64,000 nt of DNA, taken from positions 1 to 64,000 of IMG/VR virus record IMGVR_UViG_3300036828_000755; one strand, written 5' to 3'. Positions 1 to 8,561 of the stretch are shown piece by piece (the first letter of the stretch is position 1; every line of letters starts with the position of its first letter). Both the position numbers and the translations under genes were made by a program. The stretch comes from a virus. Below the pieces are notes generated by a model that saw only the letters and a list, made by a program, of their open reading frames with translations, was not told the DNA's origin and did not search any database.

Positions 1-420
1 CTAAAATACACTGAGGATGGCTGCTGGATCTGGACTGGTGGACTCTACAAGAAAACCTATGGCATATTCGCCTGGAGTAAACACAAGGTCGTGTACGCTC
101 ATCGAGCATCCTACGAACTATTCCTTGGAGCAATAAAAGAAGGCTTTAACGTTTTACACTCTTGCGATAATCCGCCATGCGTTAGGCCAAGTCACTTATT
201 CCAGGGAACCCAGTCAGACAATATTGCTGACTGCATCGCTAAAAACCGAAACTGCAAAGGTGAAGATTGCCATAAGCATACCTTAACTGAGGAAGACGTG
301 AAAATCATCAAGTTAAACCCAAACCTAAGCTACCAAATACTAAGTGAAATACTTGGCGTCAGTTATGACGCAGTGTATTGTGTAGCAAAAAACGTAAACT
401 GGAAGCACGTCACCATATGA
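1..420 (+). CDS. Free-standing HNH homing endonuclease (HNH_3-like), 5'-partial
   Basis: The frame is open from base 1 (LKYTEDGCWIWTGGLYKKTYG...AHRASYELFLG...LHSCDNPPCVRPSHL), the classic CWxW / AHR / HxCDNxxCV phage HNH pattern. It is visibly more AT-rich than the downstream genes. Confidence 0.9.
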   Translation, partial: LKYTEDGCWIWTGGLYKKTYGIFAWSKHKVVYAHRASYELFLGAIKEGFNVLHSCDNPPCVRPSHLFQGTQSDNIADCIAKNRNCKGEDCHKHTLTEEDVKIIKLNPNLSYQILSEILGVSYDAVYCVAKNVNWKHVTI

Positions 421-1361
421 AGCAGATGGTGGATGAGCTAGTGGTCAACGAGCAAGCAACGACGTTCTTCTTCGTGCCTGAGACGCCGATAGTGAGGAAG
501 TCGAAGAAGGACAAGCCATACCTGTGCCTGAAATTGCAGGACAAGACCGGGATCGTCGACGGCAGGGTCTGGGACTACCCCAATGGTTTTGATCCCCTAG
601 CAATAAAGAAGGGCTCCTTCATCAAGGTCAAGGCGAGCGTCGGTGAGTGGAACGATGTGATGCAGCTCTCGATAGAGAACATCAGGCTCGTCGTTCCAGC
701 AGACGAGGTCGACTTCGGGGACTTCTTCGAGAGATCGGTGAGGGATCCGCAAGACATGGCCGACGAGTTGGTCGACCTCTGGTCTGCCCAGACCGGCATC
801 AGCCACGTGTACAACCTGATGATGAACATCCTCATCAAGTACAAGGACAAGATCCTTGAGGCACCGGCAGGGAAGACGCTCCACCACGCCTACATTGGTG
901 GGCTGGTGGAGCACGTCCTGTCCATGTCCCAGGTAGCCATCCCAATATGCGAGCACTACAGGGTCGACAAGGACCTGATACTTGCAGCATGCTTCCTGCA
1001 CGACATCGGCAAGATCCAAGAGCTGACGTACCCCGTCGGCATCGGCTACAGCGTCGAGGGAAACCTCCTAGGGCACATCACCCTTGGGATGGACATGGTC
1101 AGCAGGGAGATCGACAACGTCGAGGGCTTCCCGCACAAGACGAAGGTAGCCCTGCTGCACCTGATAGCGTCCCACCACGGGTTGATGGAGTACGGCAGCC
1201 CGAGGGTGCCGCTCATGAAAGAGGCTGTGGTGTTTCACCTGGTAGACGCGTTGGACGCCAAGACCGCGCTCTGCGACAGGATCATCAAGAAAGGGACAGA
1301 CGACACCGGCACCACCGAGTGGGTCAAGGAACTCGGCGGACCAATGTTCGTCCTGGGCTAA
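417..1361 (+). CDS. YhaM/Cbf1-like 3'-5' exoribonuclease (OB fold + HD domain)
   Basis: N-terminal OB fold (KPYLCLKLQDKTGIVDGRVW), then HHAYIGGLVEH, LHDIGK, IASHHG, DALD. The ATG at 417 overlaps the HNH stop (ATGA). Confidence 0.88.
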   Translation: MKQMVDELVVNEQATTFFFVPETPIVRKSKKDKPYLCLKLQDKTGIVDGRVWDYPNGFDPLAIKKGSFIKVKASVGEWNDVMQLSIENIRLVVPADEVDFGDFFERSVRDPQDMADELVDLWSAQTGISHVYNLMMNILIKYKDKILEAPAGKTLHHAYIGGLVEHVLSMSQVAIPICEHYRVDKDLILAACFLHDIGKIQELTYPVGIGYSVEGNLLGHITLGMDMVSREIDNVEGFPHKTKVALLHLIASHHGLMEYGSPRVPLMKEAVVFHLVDALDAKTALCDRIIKKGTDDTGTTEWVKELGGPMFVLG

Positions 1362-1366
1362 GCGAC

Positions 1367-1714
1367 ATGGAAGACGACCTAGACAAGTTAAGGAAGCGGT
1401 TGCCGAAGATCGTGGAGAGGCTGATGTTCTACGCCTATTTCCCGATAGAGGTGATGGAGCCGATCCTCGTCGAGCTGGAGAAGGGCTGCGCCGCCCCCAT
1501 ACTGACCTCGGACAGGAGGATTCCGAGGGACGTGGCCGAGCTCCTCGGCTCATTCCACGTGGAACCGACCACGACCGCGAAGGTCTACAGCGGGCAGGAG
1601 ATCCGGCAATGCCTTAGCGACCTGGTGGTCCGCGGCATAGACATTGACGCTATCCCAGGAGACAAGGACGTGCAGTACTTGTTCAATCTCCGAGACCAGG
1701 TGAGGCCAAACTAG
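1367..1714 (+). CDS. Hypothetical protein (MEDDLDKLRKRL...)
   Basis: ATG 5 nt after the previous stop and a stop 1 nt before the next gene. The upstream part of track ORF 947-1714 is an off-frame shadow of the YhaM-like gene. Confidence 0.65.
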   Translation: MEDDLDKLRKRLPKIVERLMFYAYFPIEVMEPILVELEKGCAAPILTSDRRIPRDVAELLGSFHVEPTTTAKVYSGQEIRQCLSDLVVRGIDIDAIPGDKDVQYLFNLRDQVRPN

Positions 1715-1715
1715 C

Positions 1716-2255
1716 GTGAATAAGAGGCAGTCGTGGGATAGCTTTTTCTTGAACATCGCCAGGGAGTGCGCGACGATGGGGACCTGCTACCGCAGGCAGG
1801 TGGGCTGCGTGCTGGTCGATTCAAGGAATAGGATACTCTCCACTGGCTTCAACGGGCCGCCCCACGGTTGGCCGCACTGCCGGTACGACGAGGACAGCAG
1901 GTGCCCCGGTGCACTGGCCAAGTCGGGGACAGCACTAGACCAGTGCTACGCACTCCACAGCGAACAGAACGCGTTGGCACACTGCCCCGACAAGAGCAAG
2001 ATCTTCGCTTGCTATTGCACCGCTAGCCCGTGCGCCACGGTTTGTGTGAAAGAACTACTGCAAACCTCCTGTGTTAGGGTAGTCTTCCTAGAAGAATACT
2101 CCCAGCCAGAAGCAAGGGAGCTCTGGACCAGGTTTCCACTGATCGTCAACGACAAGTACGTGGGAACAACTATCAAGGTCCCGAGGACCTGGGAGCTATT
2201 CCAAGGAGAACATGATAGCGCAACTGCCGTTCCCAGAATTCCTGCCAAGTTCTGA
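1716..2255 (+). CDS. dCMP deaminase family protein
   Basis: TCYRRQVGCVLV, TGFNGPP, HSEQNAL (HxE) and SPCATVC zinc motifs. Confidence 0.9.
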   Translation: MNKRQSWDSFFLNIARECATMGTCYRRQVGCVLVDSRNRILSTGFNGPPHGWPHCRYDEDSRCPGALAKSGTALDQCYALHSEQNALAHCPDKSKIFACYCTASPCATVCVKELLQTSCVRVVFLEEYSQPEARELWTRFPLIVNDKYVGTTIKVPRTWELFQGEHDSATAVPRIPAKF

Positions 2256-4284
2256 CTGGCGTCCGCCAGACCACTTCCCGGAAATCTCAAAGGACAAGTA
2301 CTGGTCCATCGACGTCGAGTCCAGGGACGAGGACCTCGAGTCGAGGGGACCAGGATACATCAGGGGAGATGCCTACATCGTTGGGGTAGCCGTCGCAACC
2401 GAAGGGTTCCGCGGATACTTCCCATGCAGGCATGCACAGGGCTGCAACTTAGCCCCGAACGTCGTCTTCGACTGGTTGCGGGACCAGGTCAAGGGATTCC
2501 GTGGAGAGATCTACGGCGGAAACTTGCTATACGACGAGGAAGCACTGTGGTTCGAGAATATCAGGTTCCACGACGACGTCAAGAGGTACGATATACAGAT
2601 CGCGGAGCCCCTAATCGACGAGGAATCTCCCGAGGGTTACTCGGTCGAGGCACTCTCGCAAAAGTACCTCGGCATTGGCAAGGAGGAGCAGCTCCTATCA
2701 GAAGCTGCATCGAGGTACACCAAGGGCTACAAGGACAAGAGGTGCAAGCGACCAGTACCGTTCGACCCGAAGAGCGACCTGTGGAGGCTTCCCCCGGAAT
2801 ACGTCGGGGCGTACGGCGAGGGAGACGTCGACCGACCGCTGAGGATCTTCAGGGACCACCAGTCAAGGATCATCGACAAGGAAGACCTCGGCGACATCTT
2901 CAAGCTAGAGACGTCACTGACACCGATCCTCCTGAGGATGAGGATAGCAGGAATTGCGGTCGACCTCGAGGCGGCCCATAAGCTAGTCAAGGTGCTCACC
3001 TCATACATCGACAAGTTCTCGATGGACATCAAGGCCCTGGTAGGCTTCGACCCGAACGTCGACTCCGGCCAGGACCTCGTCAAGGCCTACAACATACTGA
3101 ACTTCAAGCTCCCGGAATTCAACATAGCCGACAACCTCCGCCTAACTGCCGCAGGCAACCCGTCGTTTACCGCAGACTGGTACGCCCAACAGCGTGACCC
3201 ACTTTCCAGGACGATCCTCAAGAAGAAGAAGCTGATGACGCTGAGGGACGACTTCGTCGTCGGCGACATAATCAAGGAATCAGTCAACGGCAGGCTCCAC
3301 TGCCAGTTCCAACAACTCAAGGCAGACAACACCGGTACCAGGTCCGGGAGGATGGCGGCCAGGAACCCGAACCTTCAGCAGGTCCCCGCTAGGCATGACG
3401 GCTGCGACAAGGGGTGCCCGAAGAATTGCCACGCCCACGTCTGGGCGTACGACGAGCCGGTGTGGGCGGACGAGGTCAGGAAACTCTTCGTGGCAGACGA
3501 GGGAAAGAGGTACTTCAAGGGTGACTACTCGCAGCAGGAGCCCAGGCTGCTGGTGCACTACGCCAGCCTCCTCAAGTTGCAGGGCGCCGACCTAGCCGTC
3601 AAGGCCTTCCGGGCCAACCCCCTGGTAGACTACCACCAGCTGACGACGGACATCATCAACGACAGGTCAGGGAGGCACTTCAAGCGGAAGCAGATCAAGG
3701 GAATAAACCTCGGCATCATGTACTCAATGGGGCTGAAGAAGCTCTGCAGGATGCTGGGGGTCTCGGTAGCTGAGGGCGTGGACATACTCAAGGAGTACCA
3801 CGCCGCGCTGCCCTTCGTCAAGAAACTCTCGTCCAAGGCGATGTCGATCGCGGAGGACAGGGGGTTCATAAGGACACTGCTGCGCAGGAAGCGGAGGTTC
3901 AACCTGTGGGAACCGGTCCACGACGAGAACGACGACCCGAACTACAGGCCGATGGGTCTCCCTAGGGAGCAGGCCGAGCAGGTCTGGCCAAACCGGAGGT
4001 TGCAGAGGTACGGGATACACAAGGCATTGAATGCCCTCATACAAGGATCTGCAGCCGACGAGACCAAGGAAGCGATGAGGGTGCTGTACTACGACCACGG
4101 GTACATCGCGGCACTGCAGGTGCACGATGAGCTGGGCGGCTCGGTCGTCGACATCGAGGAAGCAAGGATGGTGAAAGAGGTGATGGAAACGTGCGTAATA
4201 TTGCAAATACCGGTAGTCTGCGACGCGAAGCTGGGGCCCAGCTGGGGAGAGGCAAGGGAAACCGTGCATCGGTTGGCGGCATGA
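2212..4284 (+). CDS. polA: DNA polymerase family A (3'-5' exonuclease + polymerase)
   Basis: Exo I IDVES; GTRSGR; NPNLQQVP; motif A DYSQQEPR; motif B KGINLGIMY; NALIQGSAAD; motif C QVHDEL. Confidence 0.96.
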   Translation: MIAQLPFPEFLPSSDWRPPDHFPEISKDKYWSIDVESRDEDLESRGPGYIRGDAYIVGVAVATEGFRGYFPCRHAQGCNLAPNVVFDWLRDQVKGFRGEIYGGNLLYDEEALWFENIRFHDDVKRYDIQIAEPLIDEESPEGYSVEALSQKYLGIGKEEQLLSEAASRYTKGYKDKRCKRPVPFDPKSDLWRLPPEYVGAYGEGDVDRPLRIFRDHQSRIIDKEDLGDIFKLETSLTPILLRMRIAGIAVDLEAAHKLVKVLTSYIDKFSMDIKALVGFDPNVDSGQDLVKAYNILNFKLPEFNIADNLRLTAAGNPSFTADWYAQQRDPLSRTILKKKKLMTLRDDFVVGDIIKESVNGRLHCQFQQLKADNTGTRSGRMAARNPNLQQVPARHDGCDKGCPKNCHAHVWAYDEPVWADEVRKLFVADEGKRYFKGDYSQQEPRLLVHYASLLKLQGADLAVKAFRANPLVDYHQLTTDIINDRSGRHFKRKQIKGINLGIMYSMGLKKLCRMLGVSVAEGVDILKEYHAALPFVKKLSSKAMSIAEDRGFIRTLLRRKRRFNLWEPVHDENDDPNYRPMGLPREQAEQVWPNRRLQRYGIHKALNALIQGSAADETKEAMRVLYYDHGYIAALQVHDELGGSVVDIEEARMVKEVMETCVILQIPVVCDAKLGPSWGEARETVHRLAA

Positions 4285-4442
4285 GGTTGCTGCCCGTAGG
4301 AGAGAGGTGCGGGAGGATCAGCGTGGAGGGTTCGTTCCTCGTCGACCTTACCCCGAATTACACAAGGAAGAGTGGGGAAGGGGACTCGAGGCACGACCTG
4401 ATGCTCCCGTTCTCCGGGACTGAGGAGGATACGCTACCATGA
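4281..4442 (+). CDS. Small hypothetical protein (53 aa)
   Basis: ATGA overlaps with both the polA stop and the start of the next gene, as expected for translational coupling. Confidence 0.5.
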   Translation: MRLLPVGERCGRISVEGSFLVDLTPNYTRKSGEGDSRHDLMLPFSGTEEDTLP

Positions 4443-4897
4443 AGTCACAGGTGCTCGAGACCTATTTCTGGCAACAGGTCAAGGGAGGACTCGAGTCCCT
4501 GGACACCCACCTCTCGAGGGTGGAGAACACGGCAGGGACCGGCATATCGGACGTGACGGCCTGCCACCAAGGAATCGAGGTTTGGCTAGAACTCAAGATA
4601 GTGCACAGCAAGAGGCTGTACTTCAAGAACAGCCAAAGGATCTGGATAGCTAAGAGGACGGCCGTTGGCGGGAATGTCAAGGTGGTGGCGAGGAAGGACA
4701 GCGAACTCTTCGTCTGGGACGCGAGGCCCGTGGTGCTGGACTGCCCCCACACACCGTCGACCGACAACAAGGCGTTCTCCATCAAGGAAGACGACATGCC
4801 GGCCCCGCTGTACCACTGCCGCCAACCGTTCAACTGGAGGGAGATCAAGGCCACGATATTCGGGAAATCGGCGAACCAAGTCAAGGAGGGTTCCTAG
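4439..4897 (+). CDS. PD-(D/E)XK nuclease, Holliday-junction-resolvase/VRR-NUC-like
   Basis: E..FW near the N-terminus, GISD...WLELK catalytic pattern, SQRIW and GG motifs. Confidence 0.75.
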   Translation: MKSQVLETYFWQQVKGGLESLDTHLSRVENTAGTGISDVTACHQGIEVWLELKIVHSKRLYFKNSQRIWIAKRTAVGGNVKVVARKDSELFVWDARPVVLDCPHTPSTDNKAFSIKEDDMPAPLYHCRQPFNWREIKATIFGKSANQVKEGS

Positions 4898-4928
4898 GTT
4901 ATCAAATCAGTATTCCCACAAATCAATT

Positions 4929-4939
4929 TGTAATATAAT
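4929..4939 (+). promoter_or_regulatory. Candidate sigma70-type promoter (-10 TATAAT at 4934-4939)
   Basis: Perfect TATAAT in an AT-rich intergenic gap. AAGGAG RBS precedes the ATG at 4986. The -35 match is weak. Confidence 0.5.
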
Positions 4940-4985
4940 GGTAAGTGTAGGCAACAAAGCGAAACAAGGAAAGGAGCAGCAATAG

Positions 4986-5597
4986 ATGGACCTAACAGAG
5001 ATGATGGCCGCGGACGCGTCGAACGCCAAGAAGTCCCTGACGGCCGCGGACGAGGACCTGCAAGCGGTAGGAATCCTCGCGAACCACCAGCACTGGCTCG
5101 AGACGAGGCTCGACCTCGGGATCGTCTCCTCGATCAGCTCCCTCGATCCCAGCATCGGGGAACTGGAAGCCGCGCTAAAAGCAAAGAAGGAGGAGCTCAC
5201 GAAGATCAAGGAAGTCTCGCTCCCAAACGCGCTGGAGAAGTTCGGGATCTCGGAACTGAGGCTCGTCGACGGTTCCCTCGTCTCGGTCAAGGAGGAGGTC
5301 TACGCCGGCATCACCGAAGACAACAAGGAACCCGCGTTCAAGTGGCTCCGGGCAACGGGAAACGACGGGATCATCAAGAACGACGTCAACTGCGCATTTG
5401 GCAAGGGCCAGGACGCCGAGGCCAAGCAGCTGATCGACATGCTCATAGTCCAGGGTTACAGCTTCACGAACAAGTTCTCCGTCCACCCGTCAACCCTCAA
5501 GGCGTTCGTCCGAAAACAACTTGAGGCAGGGAGTCCGATCCCCACAGATGTGTTCTCGATCCACGTAAAGAAGGTAGCAACAGTCAAGGCCAAGTAA
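4986..5597 (+). CDS. Conserved phage replication-module protein (coiled coil), function unknown
   Basis: Strong RBS; 203 aa; LPNALEKFG...AFKWLR...IIKN...VHPSTLKAFV pattern, which I recall from phage proteins encoded next to SSB-like genes. Confidence 0.7.
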   Translation: MDLTEMMAADASNAKKSLTAADEDLQAVGILANHQHWLETRLDLGIVSSISSLDPSIGELEAALKAKKEELTKIKEVSLPNALEKFGISELRLVDGSLVSVKEEVYAGITEDNKEPAFKWLRATGNDGIIKNDVNCAFGKGQDAEAKQLIDMLIVQGYSFTNKFSVHPSTLKAFVRKQLEAGSPIPTDVFSIHVKKVATVKAK

Positions 5598-5611
5598 GAA
5601 GGAAAAGCACG

Positions 5612-6493
5612 ATGTCAACAGAAACGAAAGTCCTAGAACCAGAAAAAGAAACCGCCCTTGTGGAGCAAGACCAGGGGCAAGGGGTGGCCACCACGAAGGC
5701 ACCAACCACGGACATGTTCCAGGAGGACGCGGGCGGGGGCCTGGCCAACATTGGGTCGGCCGACTTCGCCATACCGTTCATACAGATCCTCCAGAAGGGA
5801 AGTCCGCAGGTAAGCAGGGCAAACGCCAAGTACATCAAGGGCGCAGCAGCCGGCATGATAATCAACACCGTCACAGGCAAGGTCGTGCCAGGCGAGCCAG
5901 ACGACAAGGATAGGCCGACGGGCATCCTGTTCATACCCTGCGGATACCAGAGCCAGCTCGTTCGCTGGAAGCCGAGGGACTCGGGCGGCGGGTTGGTCTG
6001 CCACTACAAGGAAGGTGACCCCGAATTGAAGAAGTTCAAGAGGAACGAGAGGGGCCAGCTGCTCGCCGACAACGGCGACCTCATCATCGACACGTCGTAC
6101 CACTTTGGCCTCGCACTCGACGAAGAACTCGGGTTTCCCGAGTACGCCGTCATCTCGATGGCGTCGACCCAGCGAAAGAAGTCCAGGACGTGGAACACCA
6201 TCATGCGGCGAATCATGTTCAAGAATTCACGAACTGGCGAAATATTCAACCCGCCGTCGTACAGCCACGCGTACAGGCTCACGACTGTCGGGGAAACGAA
6301 GGATACCTACGACTGGTATGGGTGGGCAATAGTCTCAGAGGGACAGTTGCAGGACGTCAACCTCTACAAGATGGCGAAGGAGTTCTCGCAGCAGGTAGCC
6401 TCCGGGAACGTCAAGGTGTCGGCGCCGCCGAACGAGTTCGAGTCGGAGGGGGTGGATGCGCCGCACCCCAACGGGGACGACATACCGTTCTAG
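5612..6493 (+). CDS. Single-stranded DNA binding/annealing-like protein
   Basis: IPFIQILQKGSPQV core and an acidic C-terminal tail ending DDIPF, the typical SSB tail; located in the replication cluster. Confidence 0.65.
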   Translation: MSTETKVLEPEKETALVEQDQGQGVATTKAPTTDMFQEDAGGGLANIGSADFAIPFIQILQKGSPQVSRANAKYIKGAAAGMIINTVTGKVVPGEPDDKDRPTGILFIPCGYQSQLVRWKPRDSGGGLVCHYKEGDPELKKFKRNERGQLLADNGDLIIDTSYHFGLALDEELGFPEYAVISMASTQRKKSRTWNTIMRRIMFKNSRTGEIFNPPSYSHAYRLTTVGETKDTYDWYGWAIVSEGQLQDVNLYKMAKEFSQQVASGNVKVSAPPNEFESEGVDAPHPNGDDIPF

Positions 6494-6516
6494 CGATCTT
6501 TTCAATCCCGATCAGC

Positions 6517-6559
6517 GGCAGGACCCCAACTAGACCTGGGGTCTTGCCCACGTATTTTT
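6517..6559 (+). terminator. Intrinsic terminator candidate
   Basis: GGCAGGACCCCA / TGGGGTCTTGCC 12-bp stem (one G:U), 8-nt loop, TTTTT at 6555-6559. Confidence 0.65.
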
Positions 6560-6575
6560 CGAGGAAAGAGATTGA

Positions 6576-8105
6576 ATGGATCGGCCAGCAACCGCCATAT
6601 TGGCCGAGAGGTTCATGCGACTCTTTGACGGCATGAGCCTGGCCTACGGTACGTACAACGTCAATGCTACCAGGGAAGACGGGAAGAGGGTCGGTGATGC
6701 TAGCACGGTGAGGGGGAAGGTTACCCACGAGCTCTGGGACAGGCACCTGACTGGGAAGCAGGGCTTGGGGGTCATCCCCATCAAGGAAGACAACACCTGC
6801 TCATTCGGCGCGATAGACGTCGACATCTACAACCTAGACCACAGGATGATAGCCTCCAAGATCAAGAGGCTCGGGTTGCCACTTGTCCCTTGCCGCACCA
6901 AGTCTGGTGGGGCGCACATCTACTGCTTCACGCAAGTTCCCGTGGCCGCTGCCAAGATGAAGTCCAAGCTGAGCGAGGTGGCGTCGTTCCTGGGCTTTGG
7001 CGGTCAGGAGATATTCCCCAAGCAGGCGCACATACTGGTTGACCAGGGCGACGTTGGCCAGTGGATCAACATGCCATACTTCAACGGCGTGAGGGGCATG
7101 CGGTACGCGATAACGGTGGAGGGCAACGCGCTCTCGGCCGACGACTTCGTCGGCTACGCGTACGAGAACCTTGCCACTGAAAGCTGGTTCAACGAGCTGC
7201 TCGTGATCGTGCAGGAGTTCGAGGAAGGCCCTCCCTGTCTCCAGGCACTGGCCCAGGTCGGCTATCCCAGTGGCACCCGCAACGACGGGTTGTACAACAT
7301 CGGCGTATTCCTGAAGCGGTCCAAGCCAGACAGCTGGGGGACCGACATCTTCGACTTCAACACCAAGTACATGCAGCCGCCGCTCACGAGTCCCGAAGTA
7401 CAGGGGGTCGTCAAGTCGCTGCGCAAGAAGGACTACGCGTACGCTTGCACGAAGCAGCCGATAGCCCAGCACTGCAACTCCGCGCTGTGCAGGACCAGGA
7501 AGTTCGGCGTGGGCAGCGGTACCACTGGTAGGTTCCCGATGCTCGGCGGACTGACCAAGCTGAACACCAAGCCGCCCATGTGGTTCTGGACGGTCGAGGG
7601 AGTCAGGATGGAGCTGACCACCCAGGACCTCCAGGACCCGCGGGCATTCCAGCGGCGGTGCATGGACTACCTCAACACCATGCCGCAGCTCCCCGGGGCG
7701 CCGGTGTGGCAGGCCGCGGTCCAGCACGCGATGGACACGGTGAACATCATAGAGGCCCCGGCGGACGCCTCGTCTGAGGGGCAGTTCTGGGAGATGGTGG
7801 AGAAGTTCTGCACTGGCAGGGCCCAGGCGATGTCGCTCGACGAGATAGTGTCTGGCAAGCCGTTCTCCGACAAGGGCAAGACATACTTCAGGATGGAGAG
7901 CTTGCTCTCGTTCCTGGGCAGGTACAAGTTCTACGAGTTCAAGAGCATCAAGGTTGCCTCGATGCTGAAGGACTACGGTGCCGAGCACCACTTCGACAGC
8001 CTCAAGGGCCGGGGAGTGAACTACTGGTCTATCAGGGAGTTCGCCAAGCAGACCGAGGGATTCGACGTCCCTGGCTCGGTCAAGGAAGGTGGGGACTCGT
8101 TCTGA
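6576..8105 (+). CDS. Archaeo-eukaryotic-type primase (prim-pol) with PriCT-like domain
   Basis: GAIDVD (DxD), RTKSGGAH, GQWINMPY, then PPCL...GTRNDGLY and Cys residues typical of PriCT regions. Confidence 0.8.
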   Translation: MDRPATAILAERFMRLFDGMSLAYGTYNVNATREDGKRVGDASTVRGKVTHELWDRHLTGKQGLGVIPIKEDNTCSFGAIDVDIYNLDHRMIASKIKRLGLPLVPCRTKSGGAHIYCFTQVPVAAAKMKSKLSEVASFLGFGGQEIFPKQAHILVDQGDVGQWINMPYFNGVRGMRYAITVEGNALSADDFVGYAYENLATESWFNELLVIVQEFEEGPPCLQALAQVGYPSGTRNDGLYNIGVFLKRSKPDSWGTDIFDFNTKYMQPPLTSPEVQGVVKSLRKKDYAYACTKQPIAQHCNSALCRTRKFGVGSGTTGRFPMLGGLTKLNTKPPMWFWTVEGVRMELTTQDLQDPRAFQRRCMDYLNTMPQLPGAPVWQAAVQHAMDTVNIIEAPADASSEGQFWEMVEKFCTGRAQAMSLDEIVSGKPFSDKGKTYFRMESLLSFLGRYKFYEFKSIKVASMLKDYGAEHHFDSLKGRGVNYWSIREFAKQTEGFDVPGSVKEGGDSF

Positions 8106-8254
8106 TGAGCTGTGCGATGCACACGTACGACACGCTGGAAGCAGCGCAGAAGGAGATCATCATGCTGAGGAGGAAGTTCTCCGCCAACCGCCCAGGATAC
8201 AGGATCTACCTGTGCTTCACCTGTGGCAAGTACTACATCAAGCAGGAGGACTGA
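8105..8254 (+). CDS. Small Cys-containing hypothetical protein (49 aa)
   Basis: Read by eye: MSCAMHTYDTLEAAQKEIIMLRRKFSANRPGYRIYLCFTCGKYYIKQED. TGATG overlap with the primase stop; YxCxxCG knuckle. Not in the ORF track because it is short. Confidence 0.6.
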   Translation: MSCAMHTYDTLEAAQKEIIMLRRKFSANRPGYRIYLCFTCGKYYIKQED

Positions 8255-8258
8255 GCAG

Positions 8259-8561
8259 GTGGTCAGGGACAAGCACACGCTGATCGAGCGCTTCCTCAAG
8301 AAGATCAGGAGGACTTCCAGGGAACACTGGATCTGGACAAGCACCACGGTCATCGAGAGGTCCGGGGACAAGGGCAGGAAGAAGCCGGTCATGTGGAACG
8401 GCGAGAAGAAGGTGTACGCGACCAGGCTCTCGTACGAGCTATTCAGGGGTCCGATCCCATTCGGGAAGGAGATAGTCAACGTCTGCGGCTACCCCTTCTG
8501 CGTGGCACCGAACCACCTAGAAGCAAGATCGAAGATGGACCTTTACTACTATAAGCCATGA
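8259..8561 (+). CDS. Degenerate HNH-endonuclease-like protein
   Basis: GTG start after AGGAGG. HWIWT...YATRLSYELFRGPIP...NVCGYPFCVAPNHL aligns with the ORF at 1-420, but AHR is ATR and HSCDN is NVCGY. Confidence 0.65.
   Translation: MVRDKHTLIERFLKKIRRTSREHWIWTSTTVIERSGDKGRKKPVMWNGEKKVYATRLSYELFRGPIPFGKEIVNVCGYPFCVAPNHLEARSKMDLYYYKP

Noticed and set aside
947-1366. N-terminal part of the 255-aa track ORF
   Set aside because: It overlaps the YhaM-like gene out of frame and has low-complexity Arg-rich composition; the real start is probably ATG 1367.
417-4284. 2-aminoadenine (Z-genome) system (DatZ + DpoZ)
   Set aside because: The HD protein has an OB fold and YhaM motifs rather than being a stand-alone dATPase, and no PurZ/PurA homolog is in the window.
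6834-7991. Long antisense or alternate-frame ORFs (for example 6834-7991, 8476-9225, 12744-13616, 25060-26061, 54418-55320, 61610-62560)
   Set aside because: They overlap well-supported genes, have no motifs, and are expected shadows of GC3-biased coding sequence.
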